Source: Raillietiella orientalis
Lineage: Eukaryota
Reading direction: 5' to 3'
Length of the DNA stretch: 64,000 nucleotides
NCBI GenBank assembly: GCA_036172245.1
Contig: JAYWIR010000038.1
Location: 620,001 to 684,000, forward strand
The notes under the pieces were generated by a model. It was not told the origin of the DNA and did not search any database. It saw only the letters and a list, made by a program, of their open reading frames with translations. Every line of letters starts with the position of its first letter. The stretch's first letter is position 1. The position numbers and the translations under genes were made by a program. This document shows, piece after piece, positions 23,693 to 36,619 of this stretch.

Positions 23693-26600
23693 ATCTCGAC
23701 CAAAAGGACCCCGATAAATAGATGTGAAGACGGATAGACATAAACAGATATGATAGATGAATGGACGGATCGATATGAGCGCGGGCGTGTGCGTGCAGGG
23801 GGGAGGCAGACGGGGAGATTTGGCTCTCGGGTGTTCACGATGCTTCCTTTAGTAGCATCGTGCGATCATGGGACGAGTGCTATTTATAGAAGAGGTTCCA
23901 GGATTGATGTTTCCACAACTTCACTGGATGGCGAGATCTGTTTCCTGGGATGGAGGCTGGCATGGCGGCTCGTCGCTCCCCGCGGAAGGCAGCGCGCGGG
24001 ACGCACGCCGCGCTCGCTTGCAGGGGGGGAAGAAAACCTGAAAGAACCTCCGGATCCTGCCGCCCGCGCGCCCGAGGTCGAAACGGGATCCCGGACGGCA
24101 ACCCGCGTGCTAACCAGGATCCCGAGGGGAGGGGGGTGGGGGAAAAAAAGGAGGAAGTCCTTTCCTCGTTGTCCCGGAAGATTTTCTTTCCTGCAGCTCG
24201 GTCCCGTCCCGGTTAATGCGTTTCTTGGCAACCGCGCCGCGGAGGGAAAGCGGTTGTTGCCTTCCCTCCGCGTCGCGCTCCGGATGAAGATTGCGCTCTT
24301 CCCTTTCGGATGGTGGCTCTGGGAATCCTACCTGCCCCGCGGGATCGATCCGGAACCCCGCGCGAAGTGCTCCCCAGTAACCAGACACTCCTGCTCCTTC
24401 GCGCCAACTTCTTCGAGCATCAGCTCGAGGGTTCGACGGGCTTCCAGAAATAGCTCCGCGCGGTTCCCAAAATAAACCGCGTCTTCTCCTCCGTCTCCTC
24501 CTCTCCCTTGTTGCTGTTTTCATCTCGACACGTATCTGATCCTTTCGCGGGAGAACCTGCCAATCCTCACCTCAGCCGCCGATCCTTAAAATGGAACGCG
24601 GGCGCGCGCGCTCGACGGCTCCCCGCAAGACGCGCGCAGGCGAAGAGCGAGAGTGTCTTCAGTGGAATTTCAGTGGAATCTCTTCGGACACCCCATCAGC
24701 GACTCCTTATAAACAAGCCCTCATGTTTGCCCTCTGCCTGGAGCGGATAGGAGGGGGGGGGGGACCCGCATCTCACGAGTTGAGGCCGCCGCGGACCTGC
24801 CCTTGTTTGGAGACCGCGGCGCATGGACCAAACAACCAGCGGCGCGGTCTTTCGCGGCAGAACCGCGAGTGTCCCGTGCGGCGGCGGCGGCTCGGGTCTT
24901 CCGGGAAAGCCGTCTCCGCCGCATCATCGCGCGAATCAGACGGGTGAATCGCGCGTAAATCTACTACAGGATAAAGGAAGATGCTGAGAGAGACCAGTGG
25001 AGCTCCCCCCCCCCCCTTCCCTTCCACCTCTCCTCTTTTCCCGCAAGCGAAGCCCCAGCGGACGCTTCCTGCTAGCAGCGCGTTTGATGCGAGGGCCGTC
25101 TCCTAGGAGCTAAACTATTTCTGCATCGCGTCAGCCTCGGTGACCTTGAGGAATCTCCAAAGTCATTTTCGCTTCCCCACTCCCTCTCTTCCCCTGCGGT
25201 GCAGCTTCCTCCCATCTGCCTCTTCCTTTCCTCCTCAGGATCAGCCTTCCCGCGCTAACTTCCCCTACCCGTCTGGGCTGCGGGCTGATCTCCCGTGGGT
25301 GGGAGGCGCGCCGCGCACGTCCCGTCAGCTCCGTCCAGAGGCCCGAAGGATTACGCGATTCTCCGAGTGTAAACAACAGCCCTTGTGGTAGTGCACGGGA
25401 AAACACCTGTGCGCGGGAAGAAGCGCTGCTCATTTTTGTCGCAACACTTGGGACGGAAGGTTCCCTTGGAGACAGATCGAGATGATCTTTCCAAGCGGCG
25501 GGAGCCAACCTACGAGTAGGCCACCCTTTCCTGAGGACCGATGTTTCTCGGCAACGCGCAAGCGCGGTGTTCGCGTGCCTCTCGCGACCCGTAGGATGCC
25601 CTCCGGCGTAGGAAGACGGGGAAGGGGACGGCGGAAGAGGCCATTCCCATCTCTCCCCGTCAGCCGGCGCTGGAGAAGGGGCCCCAGTTTGCTGGAATGA
25701 GGGACGCCGATCGAGACGAGGTCCGCGGGTCTCGCGGGTCCCACGAGAAAAGGCTTCGCCGACCGCAGCAGCCCATGGTCGCGGGATTTGGCCTCCAGGT
25801 GTCAAAGAGGAGGAAGAAAAAGACCACGGAGGGAACGGTCGATGCGGTCCATCCGTGGACCCTGGCAGACCGGAAGACTATCCCGGTCGCCTGCATCTCC
25901 GAACTGGGCCGAGCTTCCAAGACTCCTTCCCGGGTTCCCTGAGCTGCTCCTGCAGCCTACGAAGGGCACGGCGCTGAAGGGCATTCAAGGAAGAATCCAC
26001 CAAGGATTTCATCAAGGATGGAATCGAGGTGCTCTTCCCGAGACGCAAGTGAAGAAGACGGGCAACACCTCAGGGTGCGGGCTATTCGGAATCACGGAAT
26101 TCTCTTATGGCGCGCCACCCCGGAACGAAGTCCTAGGATGGCACGCCCCGCAGTACTAGGACCACCCACGACAACGGAGGAAGAACAGGAAGCGGAAACA
26201 GTTCTCGCCTCCATAGAGAGGAAGCGTCCGGTGTCCCGGAAGCAGGCTCGAAAGAAATCAAGATGCAGCGAACGAGAGCGAATTTTTGAGCGACGAAGCC
26301 GCTTCGAGGCCGCGCGGGGGGGAGGGGGCACACCTGGCGCATGACGTCACGCTCCAGAGAATCGGAAATCGGAAAGAGAAAACGGGATCGAACGGGACGT
26401 TCCTCTCGGCTTCCCAGGATTGGCGCGTTTTCTACATCGATGAGAGATCAGGGGAGCCACAGGTCTTTTTCTCGGGAACGGTATTCCAGACGTCCGACGG
26501 ATTTGAAGGTTCCGACTGGAGCAGGGAGAGTCGATCCCTCTTTGTCTACGTCTCAAGGAGGAGGGGATTGGTAGGAAACTCCCCGAGCGGCGGACCGGGC

Positions 26601-27078
26601 AGAAAGGAAGGTCTCCAAGAAACTGTCAGAGAAGAACCGGACGTGGTAGAAGGAAAAGAGTCCACCCTCGGTGCTCAGGAAGCCCTTGGAGGACGAGGGA
26701 GGGAGGGAGGACGTGACGGCGACCTCCGCAACCCTCTCGGGAAGGGAAGGAAGAACTGCAGGAACGACGTTTCCCCGATGGGAGCTTAAGGGGCACTGAG
26801 GCAGGAGGAGAGAGTGTCGTCTGCTCGCCCTTAAACAAGGGGTCAGGGATCACTCGGCACGGTTGCGTCGCGCCGCCGCCGGATGCTGGGGACATCTTCG
26901 CATCCTCACACGAAGGAGGTTGGCTCGAGAAACGGAGACGAAGTCGCCGCCAAACAGTCGGCTCGTCCACGGGAACCGTCGGAGCGCAGGCGGGTCTCCA
27001 AGAGATGATGGGGACTCGTTGTAGCTCTCGTCTTTATGTGGTAGCGAATGACCAGAAGTGGTTTGAGCTGACGAGGTC

Positions 27079-27609
27079 AGGTCGCGGATTACTTGTGAGG
27101 TGCTCGATGATAAGTACTGCTAGTAATGCAGGTTTTCACGTTTTGTACGAACAAACCTTAATTATGTATACATATCTTTAGAACTTTACCTGATCTATTT
27201 TTTTTTAATAGATTCAGATTCACAACAGAACAATGGCAAGAGCATCCAATATATATACATCCATAAATTTATTTATGCACAGATATCCTTAATTGTATAC
27301 ATGAACATAATTGTAAATATAACCTTAATCATATCTGTATCCTTTGATACAATTAAGGTTAGTTATAAAATCCTTGATTGTACACATAACCTTAATTATA
27401 CATATATAAATATAATTAAGATTAACAGCCTTATAACATCTATCCTAATCCATGTTTGTTTGTTAGTAGATTTACATTCACACAGCAATGAAATCAAATA
27501 TCACTTTGCTGCCCGATATACATAAGTATGTACATTTAATTAAGGTTTGTTATTACCTGCATTATCAGCGGTACTTATCATCGAGCACCTCACAGGTAAT
27601 CCGTGACCT
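27079..27609. mobile_element. MITE-like non-autonomous DNA element: 55-bp inverted repeats around an AT-rich core
   Basis: 27079-27133 AGGTCGCGGATTACTTGTGAGGTGCTCGATGATAAGTACTGCTAGTAATGCAGGT matches the reverse complement of 27555-27609 with 5 mismatches; the interior is sharply AT-rich compared with the flanks; no clear TSD. Confidence 0.75.
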
Positions 27610-28035
27610 TACTTTAGTGTATTTCTACATACATGTTTGGATGCTCTTGCCACTGCCACGTGCGCGTGTGAATCTTTCAGAAAAAAAAAAAAAAAGAAAG
27701 AAAGGTCGAGTTCGGTTATATAGATCAGCTTCGGAAAGCTGATCTGGCTAGCTTGGGAGGCTGACTTGATCAACCTTGGCAAGAAAGAAGCAGAGAAGAA
27801 AGAGCTCCATATCTGTTGGATTCCACGCCAGCGGCAGAACTGAGTCTGATGAAAGGCATCAAGAGAAAGAAGCAGCGAAAGCTGCTTTTGTGTCATCCAA
27901 TGATCCAGCGTGTGAGGAAAGACATCGAGAAAAGGTGTGAGGAAGGAAAAGCGGGGGCTTTAATCACATCTTTGTGTAGAGGTGGGGGCAAAATTTCGAG
28001 TTACCATGAGAACCCAGAATGGAAGAAGAAGGAAA

Positions 28036-28058
28036 ACACACACACACACACACACACA
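28036..28058. repeat. (AC)n microsatellite
   Basis: About 11 AC units directly visible. Confidence 0.95.
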
Positions 28059-30119
28059 GAAGTCATTTGATAAACGAATTTTTTTTCTTCTTCGTTATGT
28101 GTGAACATTGCGTCCCCTCCCCCGTTTTCAATTTCTTCCCGGAATTCGGAGCTGGGCGTCGGATTTTTGGGATGAGAATGGCAGGCAACCGTCGGAAAGG
28201 AAGATCCTTGCCTGAATATCACAAGCAGTGTATTTTAGAATAGGAGTGGTGGCACAAAGCAAAGAAGAGAAGAAAAAAGGAGAGAGAATCGCAGAACCCA
28301 AAAAGATGCTTCTCGGCGCGCGCGAAACGAGCTGTGAAAACTGCGGGCGACTTCCGATGAACGATAAAAATTTTGGATGTTTTCCGGTTTCTCTGGATGG
28401 CTGTCGCCATCTGATTGCGACTAATTGCTCGCAGTCACGCCTGGCAGTCTGCACAAACCAATTTCCGAAACAGAAACTTCCGAGATGCGGACTGCGGATG
28501 CGGCTTTTATCATTTCTGGTTATTTCGGAGTTGCCTTCTGGCCGGGGTTTCCTCCGCAGCCCTCCTCTCGACTTCGGTATCTGTGCGGACCCAGCAGCAC
28601 TGCCAGCACGCCAGATCATCCCGAAAGCCCGTCTGCAGCTCCATTAACGGAGGAAACACAAAGGTGTTCGAAAGCTTCGCATCGTGCAAGCGTCATTCAC
28701 CAAATTAAGCGCACGGCTTAATTATCGCGGACTCGCGAGGAGGACTGATCTCCGTTTTCCTCCGCCTTCCTGCACAGCCTGGCGAGTGGCACCCCTGGAT
28801 CCCATGCGTTTAATGAACTGGCTCCTCAGACCGTTTTTGCACCCCGGATCAGCAGAAGCCGGCGAGGGTGTTTAATGGATTCGGTGCTCGCACCTTCAGG
28901 CGGCGTCTCGCGTCAGGAGCGGCCTCGCACGAGCCGGCGCCGGCCTCGGGGGCCCCCGGCCCGCACGCCTTCCATCCAGAAGAGTTCTCCAGCACCAAGA
29001 AAGTCCCTCAGCGGTCGCAATCAATGGAAGAGGGGGGAACCGGGGAAGCAGGAATCCTCCTCGCAAAGCAAACAAAGCGGGAAGAATTTCGCCTCCGTAA
29101 TTTCGTAATGTTTGCAAATTGGGGTTGCGCAACGGAATGCTCGTCCCGAAAAGTTGCGCAACCGCCTGCCGCTCGCCCTGAGGAGTTACACAACGCGCTG
29201 CTCGCAGAAAATCCGCGCGATGCATTATTCATTGCAGAATTACTAGATAAAGGGTTGCTGCGGCTTGCGGATCCGATGCTTCATTCAGAATTACGTGACA
29301 GGCTTGCCCGCCGACTGAGTCGGAAAGGGAAAAAAAAAACGCACGCACGTTAACAGAGAAAGCTTTTGGCGCTGCGGACCCCCTCCGCATGCCATAGGCA
29401 GCCGAAACTGGTCCTTGTACTGAAAAACTGCCAAAGGTACGTACGGTCTGAACCAGCCCGGACTCGAAAATGGATTATTAATACGTTATCAGTAATCCTT
29501 TTGCTGCAGTGGGAGCCCTTTCTTCGGCTTGCTTGTCACCTGCTGCCGCTCCCTTCCGTGTTTATTTGCTTTTTCTGCTCCTCCAGCTGCCAGCGCCAAC
29601 ACACTGTGCTTCGTCAATCGGGGAGAAAGAGAAAGCGTCGCGAAGTACGTCGGTGGCCCGCACGAAGGACCACCACCAAGCAGACTTCGACCCTAAAGGA
29701 TCAAACAGGTGGGTCGACTCGGGAGGGCCACGAACCCTAGGACTTCGTTCACACAGTACCCTCCGTTCACTTTTAATCCTTTCCCTTTCTTTCTTTCCTT
29801 CGCCGTTCGCCCGATCGCTCTCGCAACCACGCTCACGAGACACACGGCGAGCCTGGGGGCTTCAGCGGCTGCAACCGCTCTCTTCCGCGTGTCAGGGGTT
29901 TGATCCTTGAGAGGAAATGGCGTAAGAAAACACCAATTTCCGTCTCGGTGTTTCCTTTCTTGTGATGTACAAGGCGGGACGGTACAGTGGAGAGACGGAC
30001 TGCTCCCGCTTCCTGCTGACCTGCAAGGCAAACCTTCAGATCGCCGAGCATCCGATGAAAAGAAATCCCGCATCCCCTCCCCTGATCTGTGGCCGCGTGC
30101 CTCTTGATTCCCCGAACTG

Positions 30120-30440
30120 AAAACTCAGCCCAAGGGAACTTATTTTGGAATAGTCGAAGGCGTCCAGTAACCGATGTTCCAAATAACCTAACTGAAAACG
30201 ACTTTTGAGAACTGCTGCAAAGGCTGGAACCGAGGATGGGGCCACTGTAGGCAAGACTGCCAACCACCAATAATTTCTTAACGCAGAGTATTATTATTAT
30301 CATTGCCCAGCTGAGAAAAGTTTTCACATCTTGTAGATCAGAGCGTTCATTTAAAAAGCCGTGCTCCCTGATGAAAATCTGGAGTCTTTGATTTCCCAAT
30401 TGCAGCTTGGCTGATAGCTTGCTGCCGCTGTCTGGTCTCC
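30120..30440 (-). mobile_element. Possible CR1/L2/Jockey-type RT fragment
   Basis: 'GNQRLQIFIREHGFLNERSD' (cf. xNxRLxxFxExxxxLxxxQxGF) and 'SLCSSSQKSFSV' (cf. FLDxSKAFDxV). Confidence 0.4.
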
Positions 30441-32619
30441 ATCCAGAAATTCAGCAGTTTTTTTTCCGGAAAAAAGAAGAGGAAGAAGGGGTGCCTAGGA
30501 ACCCTTCTCTTCGGGTGACCGGCGTTTCCGCGGAAGAGATTAAATGTGAGGCATGGAAGGGGCAGACCCCTACTACCATTAGGAAGATTGAGAATAGGGA
30601 AGAGCGCCTTCCACGATCGTCGGCCATGTTGGAAAGGAATCCTCGCGTGATGGACATTCCGCTACTGATGGCGATGAGAACGAGGAGGCGTGTCTTTTGG
30701 CCGGGAGACGGCGGAGAGTTGGGAAAGTTTCGGAGACCTCAGGGCGGCTGAGTGGATCCCCTCCTGCACGGAGAAATTCGGGAAGACTCTGGGTACCTGC
30801 CATATTCAAGACGAATGGTCCAGATCCGGGCTTCGTCTGAACGAAGCGGAGGACACTTCCTGCCGCGTTCTCGAGTTGGCGAGAACCCGCAAGAGAACGT
30901 GGCTGCAAGAACCCTGCAGTTGCGCGAGCACCAGGGTGCGGAGCTCCCAGCTCGCCCGATCTTAGTAAAAACGGAGCGACCCGGGGAATAGAATTCAACA
31001 GATGCTCGAGAAGGGATCTTCCTTGATTCAGTCGTCCGGCGCGAATCCGGAACCGCTCGCGCAAAATGGCGGGCAAAGAACCCCCTATCCTATCCTAAAC
31101 CCTGCGCTCCGCTGCTGCTGCGTCCTGTCCTCTTGGCGTTTTCCCCTTCCCCCTTCTCACTTCAACGGAATTCCCGATTCAATGAACTTCAGTGCCTGCT
31201 GGCAATCTTATCTCTTGCGCGCTATCAGGAGAGGAGCTGTCCGAACGAAAGGCAGCAGTTGCCATCCGTAGGCAAAGTTCAAATTCTTCAGGGGACTTCC
31301 GATCACTTCGCGCAGGGATGACGTCCGACCTGGAAGAACGGGTGGCCTCATCGCTGTAAGCAGCAGCCAGAAGCAGCAGCGATGCCGCCAGCGGGTTGCC
31401 TCCCACGACACGGCTACTCCTCTTCCTCCTTGTCGAATTATCTCTGGAGCGGAGCACGGGAGCGGCCTGAACCCTTGCAGATGTTTCGCACGCGGGAACT
31501 GTCCTTCGGGTTTCGAAAATGAATTTTCCAACCACCCAACCCACCCACCTTTCCGTGCAGAAGCACCCCCACACCTGACTGGTTCTTCGGAAAGCAGCTT
31601 CCTACTTGGAGGAGACGATGGAACGAGATGCGGAAGCGGAACAGGTCGGGCTCTGACCAAGGTGGTCTGATCGGACGGCCGCCGGTACCGTCGGTGACCG
31701 CCGCGAGGTAGTGTGCGCAAGGCGGAGCCCCCCGCTTCGCATGGAACCCGGAGGAAGAAGGTAGGTGTTCCCGACCAAGCGTTTCGAAACAGCTGGCTTC
31801 GCCGCGATGCGTAGCTGCTTCTATTTTTCGACCCGGTTGGCTGAGGTGCTGCTGCATGCAGCCAAGTATTCTTCGCTAACCTCAGCGTGATCCATCAACA
31901 GGCATTCCCGGCATTCTTCGATGCGCTGCAGCGCGCTCCGTAAGAATTTCCAGCATCGACGACAGTACATGCCACAGCTTCCTGCTGAACCTGGAACGAG
32001 TGCCAGACGTTGCCCATTGCCGCCGCAGCATCCTTGGGAGCGAAACTCCCTCCTCGAGTGGACCGGCCCATCCACGTCGGCCTCCTCCGCCCGGCTGCAC
32101 CCGCGTTTCCCATGCTTTCCGGACGGGATGTTCGCCAGGGGCATCGGACTTGGGGAGACGTCACCGCGTTCTCTCGACCCACGGCTGCGGGGAGACCTGG
32201 AGGCCCCCCGTTCGGAAACAGCTCCATTCCCGCAGAGAGGCCGGGAACCCGGCGGTGCTGGCGAGCAGTGAACTCCCCTTTGCCTGCCCGACGGGACGCG
32301 TCCCGAACTTTCCGACCTCTCGTCCGGCGGAAGCGAGAAAGTCGCTTTCGTGCATTTCTCGTAGCAGCAGCAGCAGAAGAAGTCGACTTTCAGAAGGCTC
32401 CACGCTCGCCGTCCGTGCCTTCTTGAGGGTGCGTGACCGAAGAGACCTCGCGATCGAGCTGCTCGGACCATCGTCCGGACGGTCAGGGAAGCGCGCTCTG
32501 TCCGAGAATCAAGCGCGGGCGCCCGTGCAGAGAGGCAGTGACGACGAGGCCGAGACTAGGACGCTTTTAAAGGCCAGTGGTTTATTCAAGGGGACATCGC
32601 TGCTATTGGTCCAGGGTGG

Positions 32620-33880
32620 TGGAAACACTTCGGGTTTCTTCTGTTTTCCCTTCCTCCTATCCAGCTTCATTTTTTCTTCCGGGTTTTCTTTTTTTCTGGT
32701 CCTCAAGGGGTGCTGAAGAACCGTTCGCTTACTTAGGGGGAGTCACACAAAATTCTTTCAACACCGTCTACGCTGCCCAAGGGTGCGTGTGACTCCGCAT
32801 GACCCCGAGGGAGCACCCTATGAATCCAGGAAGGCTCTGCAGGAAGGAGTATGTTCCTCTCACGCTTGGCGGGGAACCCCAAGGTAACCTTCCACCCCGG
32901 TTGAGCCCCATTTCCGCCCAGGCATCCAGGGACGTTTCTTGAAATTTAAAGGAAATTCGCAAATTATGGTAGGACGCGTGGTCCGACCACACTCCGTTTG
33001 TCCACGGACCTGTCGGGTCGTCCGTATGCAGACCGGCGGGACTCAGAGACCAGCAGCGGAGGGGGGGAGAAAACAAAAATAAAAATAAAATAAAAGAGCA
33101 AATGCAAATAGATGGGAACACTCTGGACGGTCGGGAGGGGACCACTGTCCGCTGGAGGGAGTCCTCTGCATCCTTTCCAGGACACCAGCCAGGTCCGTCT
33201 GTATACTTCCCGCAGGTGGGGCCGTCTGGCTGCGATCCGTAGAAAGCGAAAGTGCTCACTCGATGGCGTCGTTCGCGTTTCTTTCTCCGTCGGCCTCGCT
33301 CCGGGAAGCCTCAATCCCGCGAATGCAGCCAAGGTCTTCTCCGAAGGGACTCCAGGAAGGATCCGCTCCAGAATTTCTTTTCCGTAGTCAACCCTCTGGG
33401 GAATCGCTCCCTGTTTCATCCTCTGAAGAGAACCCCGAATTTCTCAGAAGGGTAGCATTCCCGAGATTCCATTTCACGAGATTTTCTCAGAAGGGCCCTC
33501 TTTGACGGGAGCAGGCCAGCCCCCGAAGGAGGTATCAACCAACCCCATGATAGGCGACGGAGGGTCTCCTCACGGGGATAGGGGACAACTCCCTTTTCAC
33601 ATCCAGAAGGGAACTCCAAAAGGCTCCCTGGTTCCTGAAAGGACCCCTTAGGATCAACTTTCAATCCCAGAGGTCAACCAGCGGGAACATCCAGGGGTTT
33701 GCGGCTTCCCACCAGTGTCGCACCCGAATAGGTCAGCCTGGTGTCCTCCCGGGGGGGAGACTCAAAGCCCACGATGCACCCACTCATTTCTCGGCGTCCA
33801 TCCTTCCCTGGAAGGGATTCGAACCCGCTACGCTTGGTGGTGCCATGTGCGGAGACCTCAGCAGCCACGTAGCCTCCGAT
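32620..33880 (-). mobile_element. SINE-U copy S6, interrupted by L1-A copy A6
   Basis: Head GCGGGTTCGAATCCC at 33814-33828 (minus), body 33295-33700, 3' part 32620-32910 with AACGGTTCTTCAGCACCCCTTGAGGACC plus A-run. Confidence 0.8.
32912..33295 (-). mobile_element. L1-A copy A6 nested in SINE-U S6
   Basis: 'HFRFLRIAARRPHLREVYR'; GGATGCAGAGGAC motif; hairpin GTGGTCGGAC-CACGC-GTCCTACCAT; terminal CCTGGGCGGAAA. Confidence 0.75.
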
Positions 33881-35149
33881 GCAGGCAGGTGAGGAAAGAG
33901 GGGGGTTGCACGCGGATGAGAGACAAAGAGAGCGGAGACAAAAGGGCCAGGATGCCGGCGCGAAGGCAGCACCTCTCTCTCTCATCCCCTTTCCGCTTCC
34001 TCTGTCTTTCTGGAACGACCCTTTCTCTCAAGGTCGTCCTCCTCCTCCGTCAAGTCCCGTCACCTCCCGGCGGAGGCGAGGCCGAAAAGCGCGAGCCCTC
34101 AAAGAGGTCGAGGGTCCCCAGCTACTCACTCCGACCGCTCATGACGCAGGCGTCGCCTCCAAGAATGTACCCGCCGGGTTTATCTGTGTTTGCTCAGCCG
34201 AGAACTCGTTGGCTGCGGCGGAGGCGGCCTTCCCGTAGCGGCGACGCTGGAGCGGTTTGGAGTAACACCCGCTTATCTTCGGCTAAGCCACGTTCGGTGC
34301 GTCACGCGACCTAAATAGGGCGTAGAGGGAATGCGGACTTCCTCGAGAGATCTCTCTTTCGTTCGCCGTGATATCAGGGATGAAACTTGCCGCTCCTCCC
34401 AGCGACAGGTGCGACAGGTCGGCGCTCCTTCGGGCGGAACCCGACCTCGCTGGTAGGAAGATCGTCTCCAGCACGCCGACGAACCGGTCGGTGAGGCACG
34501 CGCACCGCAAGAGTCTCGCTGTCACCGTCGGTCGCCGGCACCAGCAGGGGTGCCAGCGTTCCCTCTTCCCACTGTTGCGGGGAGCCGAGTGCACTGTTTT
34601 CGTTTCGTTCTCTTTTCGGCGAGACTTGCAGCTGCCTCGCCGGACCAAACGCTCAGCGGCAGCGCTCGCCCCCTCCACCCTCACACCCCTTTCCTCTGGT
34701 CCTCTAGATGCATTTGGCACCCTGTCTGCCGGGAAGAGGCACCGGGGAATGCTGCCGTCCCCCCCCCCAACCCCAGTCTCCCTTCACTCCCTGCTGATTG
34801 CTCGCTGCGTCCGCGTTCTCTCACAGGAGGTGCCGGAACGAACGCGTCCCTCGCAACCGCATCAACGGCTGAATCGCGAATTGCGGGGGAGGTTCGTTGT
34901 GCCAATTCCGACGCCGGGAACATGGATTCGTGCACCTGACCCGTGTAATCACTGCCTCCTCCCCTCAGATCGGGGAAAGGGAACCTTTCTTTTTGGGGGA
35001 AGTGAGCCGGTTAGTTCGGATGAAGGGGGAGCAGCGTGCTTCAGGAATCTGCTCCGCCCGAAAACGATCCGCACAAGAGGAGGAGGAGGAGGAAGAGGAA
35101 GGGAAGAGGAAAAAGGAGAGGGGTGGATTTTAATCCCGGCCAGTCAACG

Positions 35150-35335
35150 GAGCTTCCGGAGTCCGCCAGTGCCGCACCCAAAGCCTACAGGCCAACCAGC
35201 ATCATCCTGCAGTGGGACTCGAAACCCACGACTCACCCCCCATTCTCGGCGTCGGACCTTGCCCGGGTGGAATTCGAACCTGCAACGTCTGGTGCCAAGC
35301 TCGAGGAGGTCGCGGTCACACAGCTGCCAACTCAG
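35150..35335 (-). mobile_element. SINE-U copy S7 (head only)
   Basis: Minus strand: GCAGGTTCGAATTCC..GCAAGGTCCGACGCCGA..GTCGTGGGTTTCGAGTCCCAC..GATGATGCTGGTTGGCCTGTAGGCTTTGGGTGCGGCAC. Confidence 0.8.
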
Positions 35336-35749
35336 GCCTAAAAGTGGACGGACCGTCCCTCCGCGGGATGATCGATCGATGTTGAGTGGCGAGTATGAGC
35401 TGCGTCCGAGGTGACCCGTTTGATCTTCCACAGGATCTCGTGATCACACTCGACGGGTCCTCTGGGACGAGGGCCAGCTCTGGACTAGAAATGAATCTCG
35501 CGATCCGCGCTTAGAAAATGGTTCGCTTGCATTTTTCTCCCTTCCGGCCGTCATCGTGAGACGAGCGTGGGATACCGGCGTTCCAGCCGTTTCCCACATG
35601 CACAACAGGTAAACGGGAGGTCCGGATTCGAGTAAGGGAGGAAGGAGCTGTAACCTTGGTTACCGCAGTCGCTTTGAATTGGCCACGATTCCAGTTGCCT
35701 GCGTCCTCCTACGTTCGGTCCTTCAAGGTGATCGGGATGCTCGGTGGTG

Positions 35750-36410
35750 GCAGGTGCAAAGGAGGACGATGCTTACGCCTCTGGCATGGAAGGGAACCCG
35801 TAGATGATGGGTAGGACGGAAGCGCAGCTCTTCGCTGACCATGGAGAGGAATGTGTCCATTTTCCGACTGACGAACAACCAGGAGCAGATCGAGGCAGGG
35901 GCGGGACGAGTTTGGCGGAAGGGCTGTGCGGAAGTCTGGTGACCTCCTCGGCCCGTCACGGGGACTCCTGTGAGAAATGATGGCAACCCTCGGAATTCGA
36001 GAGAACCAACCTGGCTTGGATCCATCCGGAAGTGTCAGAGGAGCCAAAATGCGGTTCAGCAGCAACGAAAACAAGCAGTCGCCTTCCCGTGAAGACGGGA
36101 AGTGACGACCGTCTCGAGGAACAGAGGTTCTCTGTTCCAAGATGCTGGACATCCTCGAGGCGAAGAGAAAGTCGGCGCGCACGCGTCCGCTGCTTCCCCG
36201 TGGTGGGAATACTAGTCAGCTGGCAGCAGAGCGTCGGCCTGTCCGCAGCTGCTTCCGGTGTTCCGGTCTGGTAGATGGCAGGTTGCGTCCCCGCTGAACA
36301 CCGCCAACTCGAGCAGAGAGCCGAACCGTTCAAAGCCGCGAAGCCGTCACGCCTGAGCCCTTGTAGAAGAGCAGCATGCAGACCACGAGGAAGCACTGCT
36401 TCCTGCAGCG
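35750..36410 (-). mobile_element. L1-like ORF2 C-terminal remnant related to the 15.3-17.3 kb family
   Basis: 'LPRGL-MLLFYKG...ALCSSWRC' parallels 'LPPDIQDRLLMFYYGG...QCPSVQC' at 16.7 kb. Confidence 0.4.
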
Positions 36411-36619
36411 ATTTCATTTAGAACAATGTTCATTTCAATGTTCATTTCTTTTTCATAAAGAATTAGAGCATGATTGAAATTACCGTTCTTGTCTATGATT
36501 CTTTCTTCTCCTCCTCCATTCTTCTTTCTTTCTCCTTCCTCCCTTGCTACTCCTCTTTCTCTTCCTTTTCTTCTCTCCCTTCCCTCCAAAATCAGGAGAC
36601 ATTAGCGAATTCTGGCCTT

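Noticed and set aside
24700..24720. TATAAA promoter-like site in a GC-rich region
   Set aside because: A single hexamer with no identifiable downstream gene.
30790..30870. 'EWSRSGLRLNEAEDT' LINE RT-like motif
   Set aside because: Isolated motif without supporting neighbours; possible but not supportable as a feature.
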